A model generated the notes under the pieces. It was not told the DNA's origin. It did not search any database and worked only from the letters and a program-made list of their open reading frames with translations. The position numbers and the translations under genes were made by a program. A stretch of DNA of 64,000 nt, taken from positions 262,416 through 326,415 of the forward strand of contig NW_019217852.1 of the NCBI RefSeq assembly GCF_002571385.2, given 5' to 3'. Of this stretch, positions 51,561 through 61,141 are shown piece by piece; position 1 is the stretch's first letter, and every line of letters starts with the position of its first letter. Source of the DNA: Stylophora pistillata. Its lineage: Eukaryota.

Positions 51561-53650
51561 GATGATGATAGAAGGTTTATTAAAAGTATTCAAAAATGGC
51601 ACCCAAGTGGTGAAATACATGTGAATTTACAAGTATACTTTAAATATTTAAAAAATACGAAAATCTTACATTTGACTTTAAAATTAAGAGTCTAAAGGGA
51701 CTGGGAATTACAAGAATCGGCAGTTACATACCAATGAAAAACGCTTAGGTTTGCTTGACTACAAGAACTGGGCGTTAGACGCCATTGTTGGGAAGAAAGA
51801 TTTTTTAAATCTCTCGGTCCGGCATTTAAAGAGTGATACATGGTTTTTGTTGCGCAACTCATAAACGTGGCAATCGGCGCGCTTTGGTGGAATAAGGTGG
51901 TACAGCCGTGACCCAGGCACACAGATACCGCCCCAAACTTTCTTGCAGAGTTCGTCTCTTCTCACATTTAGGCGAGTGGAGTTTGCAGCCACAATGGCGT
52001 CTTTGTAGCTCAGCGCCGGAAATAATATACGCAGAGCTCTTTTCTGAACTCTTTCGATCATGTCCTTGAGGTAAATTGGTAGGCTAGTAGACCAAGTGAC
52101 GCAGGCGTATTCGAGGACCGATCGTACCAAGGCATAAAATATGTTAATAAGGTCTTCGGGTGGAATTCCGGACCGCTTGAGCACTCTTAAGATGTAAAGA
52201 CGTTTTGAGGCTTTGGAGACAATCTCACGCACGTGCTCATTCCACCCAAGAGTGTCGCTGATAGTGACTCCAAGGACCTTGTGTGAGGAGACCCGTTCTA
52301 AGGGACGTCCGTTGACGCACAAAGGGCCAAGATCTGGCCGTGTTCTGGGCGAACTAATCACAAGTTCCTTGCACTTGTTTGGGTTGAGGTTCATATTATT
52401 GCGCGACGACCACTGTGCAATGGCGTCAAGGTCTTTCTGAAGGGACGATGTGCCGCCTGATGGGATGGCCTCGGATATTGTTAGGTCGTCTACATATTTC
52501 CAGTGGCTCGATAGTAATGGAGTTTCAATCGCGAGATCGTTAATCATCAGGAGGAACAGGATGGGGCCAAGCTTAGTGCCCTGCGGGACTCCAGCGTGCA
52601 CGGGCAACCAAGGGGATATAATGTTCTTAATCTTAACAGCTTGGCGACGGCCATAAAGAAAACTGCAAATCCACCGGATAATAAAACCACGGACCCCAAG
52701 GTGGATGAGTTTATTGACTAAGATAGTGTGGTCAATATGGTCAAAAGCCTTACTAAAATCCAGGAAGCAGGCCCTTAAGCACATACCTGGTTTGTCAATA
52801 GAGGACAACCAGTTGTGCATCATATCCAACAAGTTTGGGGCGTGAGAGAGTCAACTGATGGTGAGTCACCGTCTACTTCTAAATCACTGAACCAACGGTG
52901 TGAACACGCCCACCTCCCAAAAGCGCTTATTGCCGACTGAGGAAAGCGACGCATCGGGATCCTTTTCTTTTCAACGCACAGCGGGTTTAGTTGGTTCATT
53001 GAAAGCGGATTCCAGTGAACGGAGCCATGGTCCGAAGACCCTAATTGCGCGCTGACAATTGGTTCGCTATAGTATTCACTAAAATCCGTTAAAATAAGGT
53101 CTAGTATGCTATTGCCCCGAGTGGGCCTCATAACTACTTGTTTTAGGTTATGATTGGCTAACATGTCTGAGATGTCCTGGGTGTTAAAATCGCCTAATAA
53201 CACTACGCCACAGTCTGGATAAGAAGTCTTTACGGAGTCTAGTGTTTCTATGATGTACTTTGTGCGATCTCGCTGCACTTGGGCAGAGGCCACAGGAAAA
53301 TACACCACCCCACATATAATACCAGATAGTGGGCGTGGTAGACGATGAGGGCGTAACCATAGCCACAAACACTCGTGTTCTGGAGACTCCAAGTCAGATC
53401 TACGCTTGAAAGGTATCTCTGAAGACACGAACGCGCACACGCCACCCCCTATTCGGTTGTGGCGGTCACGTCTCGCGATGTTGTAACCTGGAATGGTAAG
53501 GATGTTATTATCGATGTAGTCATGCAGCCAAGTCTCCGTAATAATTGCAATATCCATGTGAAACGTTAAAAGCTGGGCAGTCAACTCGTCCAGTTTGTCC
53601 CTGACCGATCGAGCATTTGCCATGTAGAAACTTGGGAAGCACGTGCAGGA
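51561..53650 (-). mobile_element. Internally deleted CR1/L2-group LINE (APE endonuclease plus partial reverse transcriptase)
   Basis: ORF 53668-52820: NARSV, ITETWL, RRDR..GGGV, GDFN, PTRGNSILDL, SDH (APE). ORF 52832-51759: FLDFSKAFD, GVPQG, YVDD (RT). Linker and N-terminal RT subdomains absent. 3' AATAAA plus (ATC)3 tail at 51561-51582. Confidence 0.92.
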
Positions 53651-53954
53651 AAATAAATAACAACACACACAAGTGAAGGTGAACTTTTATTGAGACGTTG
53701 GCGAATTGACCAGTAGGACGTTGGCGAATCGACATAGGACGTTGGCGAATCAACCTAACACGTTGGCGAACGAGACTTTGGCGAAATAACTCGTTGGCGA
53801 AACGACCGGATACCGTTCGAACCAGTAAAGTCGTCACGTGAGTACCAAAGAATTTCCACATGGGGCCTAGGTGGGGTTTATCAATTCTAAAGCCTGTGTG
53901 GACACCACAAGAGCTATTTAAGGGAAGTGATAACCTTTCGGTTATTATTCCATT

Positions 53955-54097
53955 GGGAAAGACATCTCGAAAATGAAAGTTGCTGAAAGAGCACTAACCC
54001 GCCGAGATTTGTGGCCTCCCCCCAGGGGTACACACTGACGACATCCAAAGTGGATCCTGGCCAATCAGGTGGAGACTATTCATCCAGGGGATTCTCC
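53955..54097 (+). promoter_or_regulatory. STING-A proximal promoter: IRF/ISRE, COE-like, CCAAT and NF-kB motifs
   Basis: GAAAATGAAAGT 53969-53980, TCCCCCCAGGGG 54017-54028, GGCCAATCAG 54059-54068, GGGGATTCTCC 54087-54097. Same order conserved upstream of the paralog. Confidence 0.7.
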
Positions 54098-54196
54098 AGG
54101 CGAATGAATTTGCTTCCGCCAGTTTGGCGCATTTGTTACGGCCAACCATACCAGCAACGCTGTATCCTGTTTTAGAAAGGAATACTTTTATCTGCA

Positions 54197-55553
54197 ATGG
54201 CTAATAATTCTCCTTTCCGCGGAGATGATGTAGCTCGGCAAGAACATAATGGCTTTGGACCACTTTCCGAGCTTCGTGGAAATACCGCTACGATCACATC
54301 AGCCATCGTGGTTGTGATAAGTAGCGCGACGCTTTTGTTAGCAGTGACGTGGAACGAAATGAGGGAAGGGATTCGTTTCCTGGTGTTTACAGTAGCTTTT
54401 CTTACCTTAAGTGTCGTTCTTGGAGAAATAGTACGAAGATTGTGCTTGGTGTCTGAAGAAATTAAACATAAACACGCGAGATATCGAGGAGACTGGAAGG
54501 CTGTTCTCAAGACAACTTTCACTTTCGGCAATGTCGAGTGTATTTTAGGTGTCGCTACCGTGTCCACTCTGATGCTGTGTTATCAGTTGTATGCTTATCG
54601 CGAGGTTTTCTTTCGTCCAGATTTTGCCATCTTGTTTTTGTTGAATTGTCTCGTGGTTCCGCAATTATCGTTCCTAGTGGGTCTACGACAGCTCTCTCCT
54701 GTAGAAACATCGGATTTGAACGAAAAAGAAAACAAGAATGTGGCTGATGGGCTGGCTTGGAGCTACTACTTTGGTTATCTGAGGCTGGTGCTGCCAAGAC
54801 TGGAACTACGGATATCAGAATCGGAGTACTTTCGTCATAAAATAACAGACAGGAAGCTTTTCATCCTACTGCCAAAAACGTGCTTCACTTGTGATGACAT
54901 TGAACAGGCTGATTCAAGGGTGAAATGGGTCGGCAATCTCCCAGAGAGTAAAATTAACAGGGGAGGAATTAAGGAGAGAAGTTACAAACATGCAGTACAC
55001 GAAATAGTGATGCCCTTCCCAGACGGGACGGAGGAAAAGTACCACTTTATCGTGGAGTATGCCACGCCTCTAATGTCCTTGTATGATATGTCTAGGTTTA
55101 CAGACGCACAATTAACCGGTTCAGAGCGGGATCATCAGGTATAGTACAGTGTCTAGCATCTGAACGCTTGAATATGCTTTGTCATTTGGTTTTAACGGTG
55201 AAAGAGCTCAGCCCCAAAAACATTTTAATTTCTTCTTCTGCTTATTAATTTGAAGACAGGCGCACAGCAGATTTGTTTTTTAAATATTATTAGCGCAGTC
55301 ATATAATTGTGTTATTGAATTTGGCTCAATCTGAATCTTTGTCTCGTCGTTACTTTTCACATAGGTGGTGTTGTTCATCCGAAAACTGACAGAAATTCTG
55401 GGGAAGAGTGAAGAATGTAAAGGAAGGTATGAATTGATTCCATTTTCTGGAGATGAAGACAAAAACAAGATTGCAGACATCCTGGTTGCTTTGCATAATA
55501 ATGCCAACATAATGGTGGATGAAGAAGCTGAAGTTAGCATACCAACACAGTGA
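54197..55553 (+). CDS. STING1: Stimulator of interferon genes paralog A (TMEM173), 376 aa, 4 TM plus cyclic-dinucleotide-binding domain, no vertebrate C-terminal tail
   Basis: Exons 54197-55138 and 55365-55553. Motifs [47 protein letters not shown]. Confidence 0.96.
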
Positions 55554-55875
55554 CTATTGTGAACAAAACTATGTTTATTTACCTTTATAAAGTAAAGAAG
55601 TTCTCTTGTTTTTTAAAATTTATGCATTTCACTTGTACTCAAGCACATTATTAATTCGTGCTGAGAAAATTAGTTCTAAAGCCTGCATCTTATAAGTCGT
55701 GACTGATAAATGGTTTGTTTAAAAACAGACCAGCCTAATAAAGTGGACTAATTTCCACAACAACTAAGTAGACATATATCTTGTGACATATTGCTCATGG
55801 TGAATAACTTGCTTTCATATAATGTTTGATTAGTTTGTTGCTTTTGCTTTTAATTTTTTGTTAGAGTGCCAAACT

Positions 55876-55910
55876 ATTGTGCGGGAGGTTGAGGGTTCAA
55901 GCCCCCGCCC

Positions 55911-55946
<36 letters not shown>

Positions 55947-56190
55947 TGTGCTACCTTTCTATAATATCAAGAAATGGATAGATATTCTAGTCTTCTCGGA
56001 TATGGACGAATAAACCGTAGGCCCCGTCTCCTGCAGGGTTAGGGGTAGGAGACGTTAATTTGCCACGCACGAGATCACCGTGTGGTAGATGTCCTCCCCT
56101 GGGGTGGGGTGGGTGGGTGTGAGGGCCATAGGTTAGAAAACTGTAAAAGGTTATTGTGCTTCCCTCCTTAAAAAATAAAGTTCAGTTAAG
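55876..56190 (+). mobile_element. tRNA-derived SINE with Deu/Nin-like central domain (copy 1)
   Basis: B-box-like GGTTCAAGCCC, then CAGGGTCTTAAAATAACTGAGGAGAA...CTCGGATATGGACGAATAAACCGTAGGCCCCGTCTC. Tail AAATAAAG-TTCAG-TTAAG-TTAAG. Confidence 0.65.
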
Positions 56191-56517
56191 TTAAGTTATG
56201 ATCCACTACTAAATATAACTCCAAGTTGTTTTATTGTCATTTAGGAGAGAGAGGGGGGAAAGGGGTCATTATTGATAAAGGAGCAAGTTTTTTTTAGTTT
56301 TATGGATGGTGAAAAATACAAAATCAAAATTAAAACCCTGTAGACTTAAGACTTTTTACTTTCCTTGATATGTGAAACTTAAAGTTGTTTATCTGATATT
56401 TGAATCATTTCTACTTTTTTGGTGTGCATGAAATGTGTGCAGGATCCCCTATCCCTTTACCCCCTCCCCCCCTCTTAGGTGTAGAAGACAGGTGATGCTA
56501 GACAAATTATAAGTATT

Positions 56518-56716
56518 TAAACCCTGTCAATCTCAATATCTCATTATTAATTCTCTTTACTTTCTGCATTACACTTCTAATGAAGTCAATTTACAGAATT
56601 TGGTATTGGATCATATAATAATATTCCTTGATTGATCTGGTTCTTTTATTCTCATCACTTGTCTACTTGATATTGCACTGATACTGTAAGGAGAAATTCT
56701 GCCTTGGTCACTCATG
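56518..56716. repeat. Copy of a dispersed ~200 bp MITE-like repeat (related copies near 40110, 45735, 56730/57770, 61170, 63040)
   Basis: Shared TTCTCATCACTTGTCTACTTGATATTG...GTAAGGAGAAATTCTG.CTTGGTCAC core in several places. Confidence 0.6.
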
Positions 56717-56849
56717 ATGGGGGCGAACCTTTTAACTCCCATGATCTGATTGTTTATTCTCCCTTGTGCCAGTTACACATTTCCATGTAAATTCGTTGGG
56801 AGAATTTGGTGGTAGATCAGGAGAACTACTTCTACATGATAACTTTGAG

Positions 56850-57765
56850 GAGGGGGGTGAATAGGCTAACGGATCGACGGATTCTGAGAATTATTTTGCC
56901 CGGATTTCGGATTTAGAGCAAAATTTTAACGGATTTGCGGATTCTGAAATTGCAACGGTTGCGGTTTTGTCAATTTTTTAGGTCCGGATTTTGGATTTTG
57001 CTTGTGAGGAATTTCGGATTGTGGATCTGAACGATCGTCAGAAATGCGTTGTTTTCTGAGTATGTGTATTTTTTTGTCACGGACGAGACTCTCTGCATGT
57101 CACGCATCAGGGAAACAGTAACGCACTGGGACGTCTGATGTGTTCGCGCCCTTATCCCCCGGGGGGGACTCCCATATTAAACAAGCGGGGATGCTCGTCG
57201 TCTCGCTTAGGAGTGTAAATTTTGGATCTTGGTCTCGCTTAGGGCGTTCCAGGCAAAGCGCCAGTATTTTAAGCCACCAAGGTCTCGTTTAGGGTTCCGC
57301 GAAGAAATACAGAATTACGCGAAGAGAAACAGAAGTAAAATTTTCTTTTTAACTTGTTTTGTTTACCGTATTACCTCAACATTAACAAGTTTTCTATTTT
57401 ACCAAGTGCCAAAGAGACAATGCATGAACATGAGCGGTCTCTTTTAGGGGTCAAAATTTGCTTGAGCCACGCCCAGATGGTCTCCTTTAGGGGTTAAATT
57501 TAAAATTTCCGACGAGCATACACGTTTGTTTCATATGGGAATCCCCCCGGGCCTTATCCGTGACACTATACCCCACCGATTGCAATTCGCTCGATGGGAA
57601 AGCCATTGCCGAGCTAACACACAACAGCTCAAGGTGTGTTTTCACCTTTTTACGAGGCAAGTAGCGAACGGATTCGGATTTAACAATTTTTTTTAACGGA
57701 CTGACGGATTTGGTCATCAAATCGTAGCGGATCGGCGGATTTGCATACCCCTATTCCTCCCCCTC
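56850..57765. mobile_element. Sola2-like non-autonomous DNA transposon
   Basis: TIR GAGGGGGGTGAATAGG / CCTATTCCTCCCCCTC, 4-bp TSD TGAG (56846-56849, 57766-57769), subterminal CGGAT repeats. It interrupts an older MITE. Confidence 0.7.
57158..57551. mobile_element. MITE with CCCGGGGGG termini and 8-bp TSD, nested in the Sola-like element
   Basis: TIR CCCGGGGGG.ACTCCCATAT.AAACA...ATGCTCGTCG / CGACGAGCAT...TGTTTCATATGGGAATCCCCCCGGG. TSD CCTTATCC at 57150-57157 and 57552-57559. Confidence 0.8.
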
Positions 57766-58599
57766 TGAGTATTTTCATTACCAGTTTGCTGAATAATGTT
57801 TGATTATTAAAGGAAGAAGTTACAGGTTTATCACTTCTTGTCCCTCTTCTATCTCATCAGCTGTTGATATGAAAAACTATGATGTGTGCAGTGGTATTTA
57901 TTACTGGTAAAACAAGTTTTAAAGGCATACCTTCCCTTGAAGTTCTAAAACTTGCTGAGGTTTTATTTTTTCGCCAATTGTCTGAAGTCCTTCACTGCCG
58001 TGTGGACCACTCAGATTAGACCATGCATTTGTGGTGACCCCAACATTCCTTGCGTGACAGTTCTAAAATTAACATTATTGCATAATCATATGACATTTTG
58101 GTCTTAGAGGGGGATTAAGCAATTCCCCCAGGTTAAACGTGTGGTCTTTGAAGCAAGCTGTTGTTGTTTAGGGTGTTCTGTGGTTATGAGAATAAAGAAA
58201 ATTAGTTCGTATTAGTGTTCGTCTATTCTGAACGCCAAATATTAATTGACTGGTTGCAGATTGGCAACTGCCATGAATTGAAAGAGGAAATCTCACACCC
58301 CAGTCATCAAACAGCAGTAATTTTCAGAGATTTTTGAGATAATTTCTGTGGAGTGAAGTCAACTGTCCTCCCTCCCAACAAAATGAAATGATTGGAATTT
58401 TTTAACGGGATGTTGATAACTTAACAAAGTATTAAATCTTCAAGCACACATATATATTTTCCTGTCATACGTTCTCTAAGTCATTTGTAAATTCTTGGAA
58501 TACAGTATTTTCGTTTTATGCAGATTATCTTTACAAAATTTCCAGTCTTTTTTTTCTGAATCAAAACATTAACTGGCAACCTGGCTCAGTCTTCATCCA

Positions 58600-58830
58600 G
58601 ACTCAAGGTCTTAAAATAACTGAGGAGAATGTGCTAGTACCTTTCTATAATATCAAGGAATAGATAGACATTCCTTTCATCTCGGATAAGGACGAATAAA
58701 CCGTAGGTCCCGTCTCCTGCATCTATTAATTAATTAGTTTGGTTAGGCAGGGGACGTTAAAGAACCCACCCACGAGATTACATTTACAGTGATGTGGTCT
58801 CGCCTGGTTACTGGGGATTGGGGGGGAGGC
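58600..58830 (+). mobile_element. Deu/Nin-like SINE (copy 2, 5' truncated)
   Basis: Aligns with 55918-56100 (GGTCTTAAAATAACTGAGGAGAATGTGCTA...GGACGAATAAACCGTAGG.CCCGTCTCC). Confidence 0.65.
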
Positions 58831-59023
58831 GACATCATCACAAGTTTTCTTCCATTGATTGTAAACGACTGACGCAGTCCGGCCAAAGTCCTCTGAAAAG
58901 AATACGTTTTTCGTTGTGATATGCATTTGATCATATCCATATGTTAATTTGCGCGATAGAAATTTTTATTATTAACTGGTTATAGAAGCATTATTTTAAG
59001 AGAAATGAATAAAGGGTCAAGCT

Positions 59024-59250
59024 TCTAATGAAACTGTGGTGCGGCGTCGGTGGGAGTAACAAGGTAATTGGGATTTTACCAACTGAGTTGATAATGAAAA
59101 TTGGCCTCCGTAAAGATTTTTAAAAGCTGACGTTTCGAGCGTTGGCCATTCGTCAGAGCGAATGTACGAAGAGCCAACGCCCAAAAAGTCAGCTTTTGCA
59201 ACTCTTCACGGTGGCCAATTTACATCATCAACCCAGTTGATAAACCCTAA
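59024..59250 (-). mobile_element. Penelope-type pseudo-LTR with hammerhead motif (59126-59159, minus strand) plus a degenerate inverted copy
   Basis: Minus strand reads GCT-CTGACGA-A-TGGC(CAAC)GCTC-GAAAC-GTC-AGC (canonical CUGANGA core), followed by the CCCACCGACGCCGCACCACAGTTTC tail. Confidence 0.7.
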
Positions 59251-59475
59251 TTATTTTTTTAGAGATCTCGGTTTTCGCGTGTAATTCAACTCGAAGTCCC
59301 TCGTCAGGTAATGATTTTTCCCATAGAATCACAGGGCACCATGGCTTTGGTTAAATTGTTTGTTACATGACCCAGAAGAAAGCAAAAATGTTATCGATCC
59401 AGAGAAAGCTGATAGATTATTCAAAGCGCAATTTTTCTAAAAAAAAAACGTTTTCCATTTCGTTTTTCATTTGCG

Positions 59476-59606
59476 TGGGAAAGATCTTTCGAAACTGAAA
59501 GTTGCTGCAAAAGCAGTTTTAAACTTTCCCCAAGGGGTACACGCCGACGACATTCTGGCGACCGTGTGGCCAATCAGAGCTAGAGTATTCATCTAGGGGA
59601 TTCCCC
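59476..59606 (+). promoter_or_regulatory. STING-B proximal promoter: IRF/ISRE, COE-like, CCAAT and NF-kB motifs
   Basis: GAAACTGAAAGT 59491-59502, TCCCCAAGGGG 59527-59537, GGCCAATCAG 59568-59577, GGGGATTCCCC 59596-59606. Confidence 0.72.
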
Positions 59607-59707
59607 CCTAATCAAATGTTCTGCACTCCCCAGATCGGCGCATGTCATTGTGACCATCTTCACAAGTAAAAGAAATTCTGCGAAAGGAAAGAAAACTTTT
59701 ATCCGTA

Positions 59708-61000
59708 ATGGCTGATAACGCTCATCTTCGAGGAACTGGCGTAGTTCAGCAAGAAAATAATGGCTTTGGACCACTTTCCAAGCGCCGCGGGAATACTGCT
59801 ACGGTTACTTCAGCAATCGTGTTTGTGATTAGCGGCGCGTTACTCTTGTTGGCAGTTCGAAAGGAAAAAGCAACGAGCGAAGGGATTCACTTCCTTGTGT
59901 TTACAGCAGCCTTGCTCACGTTAAGTTTCGTTCTCGGAGAGCTTGTACGAAGATTCTGCCTGGTTTCTGAAGAGTTAAAACACAGGCACGCAAGATATCA
60001 AGGAAACTGGAAGGGGGTTCTTAAGACAACTTTCACCTTCGATAATGCCGGAAGTATTTTAGTCGTTGCTATCTCTTCCGCTCTGACATTGTGTTTTGTG
60101 TTGTATGAACAATACGAAGCTTTCTCTGGTCCAGGTTACCCCATCTTGTTTTTCCTGAACTGTCTCGTGGTTCCGCAGTTGTCGTTCCTTGTGGGCCTGC
60201 GTCAGCTGTCTCCTGTAGAGACGTCGGATTTGAACGAAAAAGAAAACAAGAATGTGGCCGATGGGCTGGCTTGGAGCTATTACTTTGGTTATCTGAAGCT
60301 GGTGCTGCCAAGGCTTGGAGATCGTATCGCCGAATCAGATACATATCGTCATAAGATAACAGTCGAAAAACTTTTCATCTTACTTCCAAAAACGTGCTAT
60401 ACATTTGATGCAATAACTAAAGCAGATCCCAGGGTAAAATGGGCAGGTAAACTCCCCGCGAGTAAAATTAACAGGGCTGGAATTTTGGAGAGAAGTTACC
60501 AGCATGCGGTACACCGCATAGAGATGCCCCTCCCAGATGGAACAGTGGAAGAGTACCACTTCGTCTTGGAGTATGCTACGCCTCTCATGTCCCTGTATGA
60601 AATGTCAGATCATGCTAAGGCCCCTTTGACTGGTCCAGAGCGTGATCATCAGGTGAACTAGCCTTATCCGTTGTGTGATTTTATATTCATGATAACACGT
60701 CAGATATATTTTCTTTCATTTCTTTTCGAGGTTAATTTTCCATGTGATTTTTAATTCATTTTTTCTTGAGCTGATGCTTGCATGCACCCACTGAATTTAT
60801 TCTTCCTTGTAACCTAGGTGGTGTTATTCATCCGAAAGCTGAAGGAAATTCTGGATGACTCAGAGGAATGCAGAGGAAAGTATGAATTGGTACCAATTTC
60901 AGGAAATGACACAAACAAGATTGCAGATGTGCTCGTGGGAATGCATGGTGCAGCCAGCATAGATTTAGAAGACGAGACTGATGAGCAAACTAAGCAATAG
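59708..61000 (+). CDS. STING1: Stimulator of interferon genes paralog B (TMEM173), 375 aa
   Basis: Exons 59708-60652 and 60818-61000, same phase-0 intron position (RDHQ|VVLF) as paralog A. Motifs [40 protein letters not shown]. Confidence 0.96.
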
Positions 61001-61141
61001 AGTAGAAATGTAACCAGCGGCAGATCCAGATCTTGAACCAAGGATCTTGATCTTGAGATAAAGATCTTGTGTGAACTTTGAGAGAGCCTTAAATTATTTG
61101 ATTATGTAAACTTTGTGAAATACTTTCATTGAGAGCAGTGA

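Larger units (their letters stand above)
49913..53814. mobile_element. Foldback-type (probably Mutator-superfamily) composite DNA transposon, 3.9 kb
   Basis: Inverted arms 49913-~50080 / ~53693-53814 built from 21-bp subrepeats (CGATTCGCCAACGTCCTATGT). Exact 8-bp TSD GTTCGAAC at 49905-49912 and 53815-53822. No transposase recognised. Confidence 0.85.

Noticed and set aside
51759-53668. Retron/DGR-like or domesticated RT immune gene next to STING
   Set aside because: It has an APE domain, LINE-type RT motifs and a LINE 3' tail, lacks essential N-terminal RT subdomains, and lies inside a TSD-flanked transposon.
54641-54781. Recent gene conversion between the STING paralogs
   Set aside because: The protein-identical stretch contains at least 12 synonymous differences, which fits purifying selection instead.
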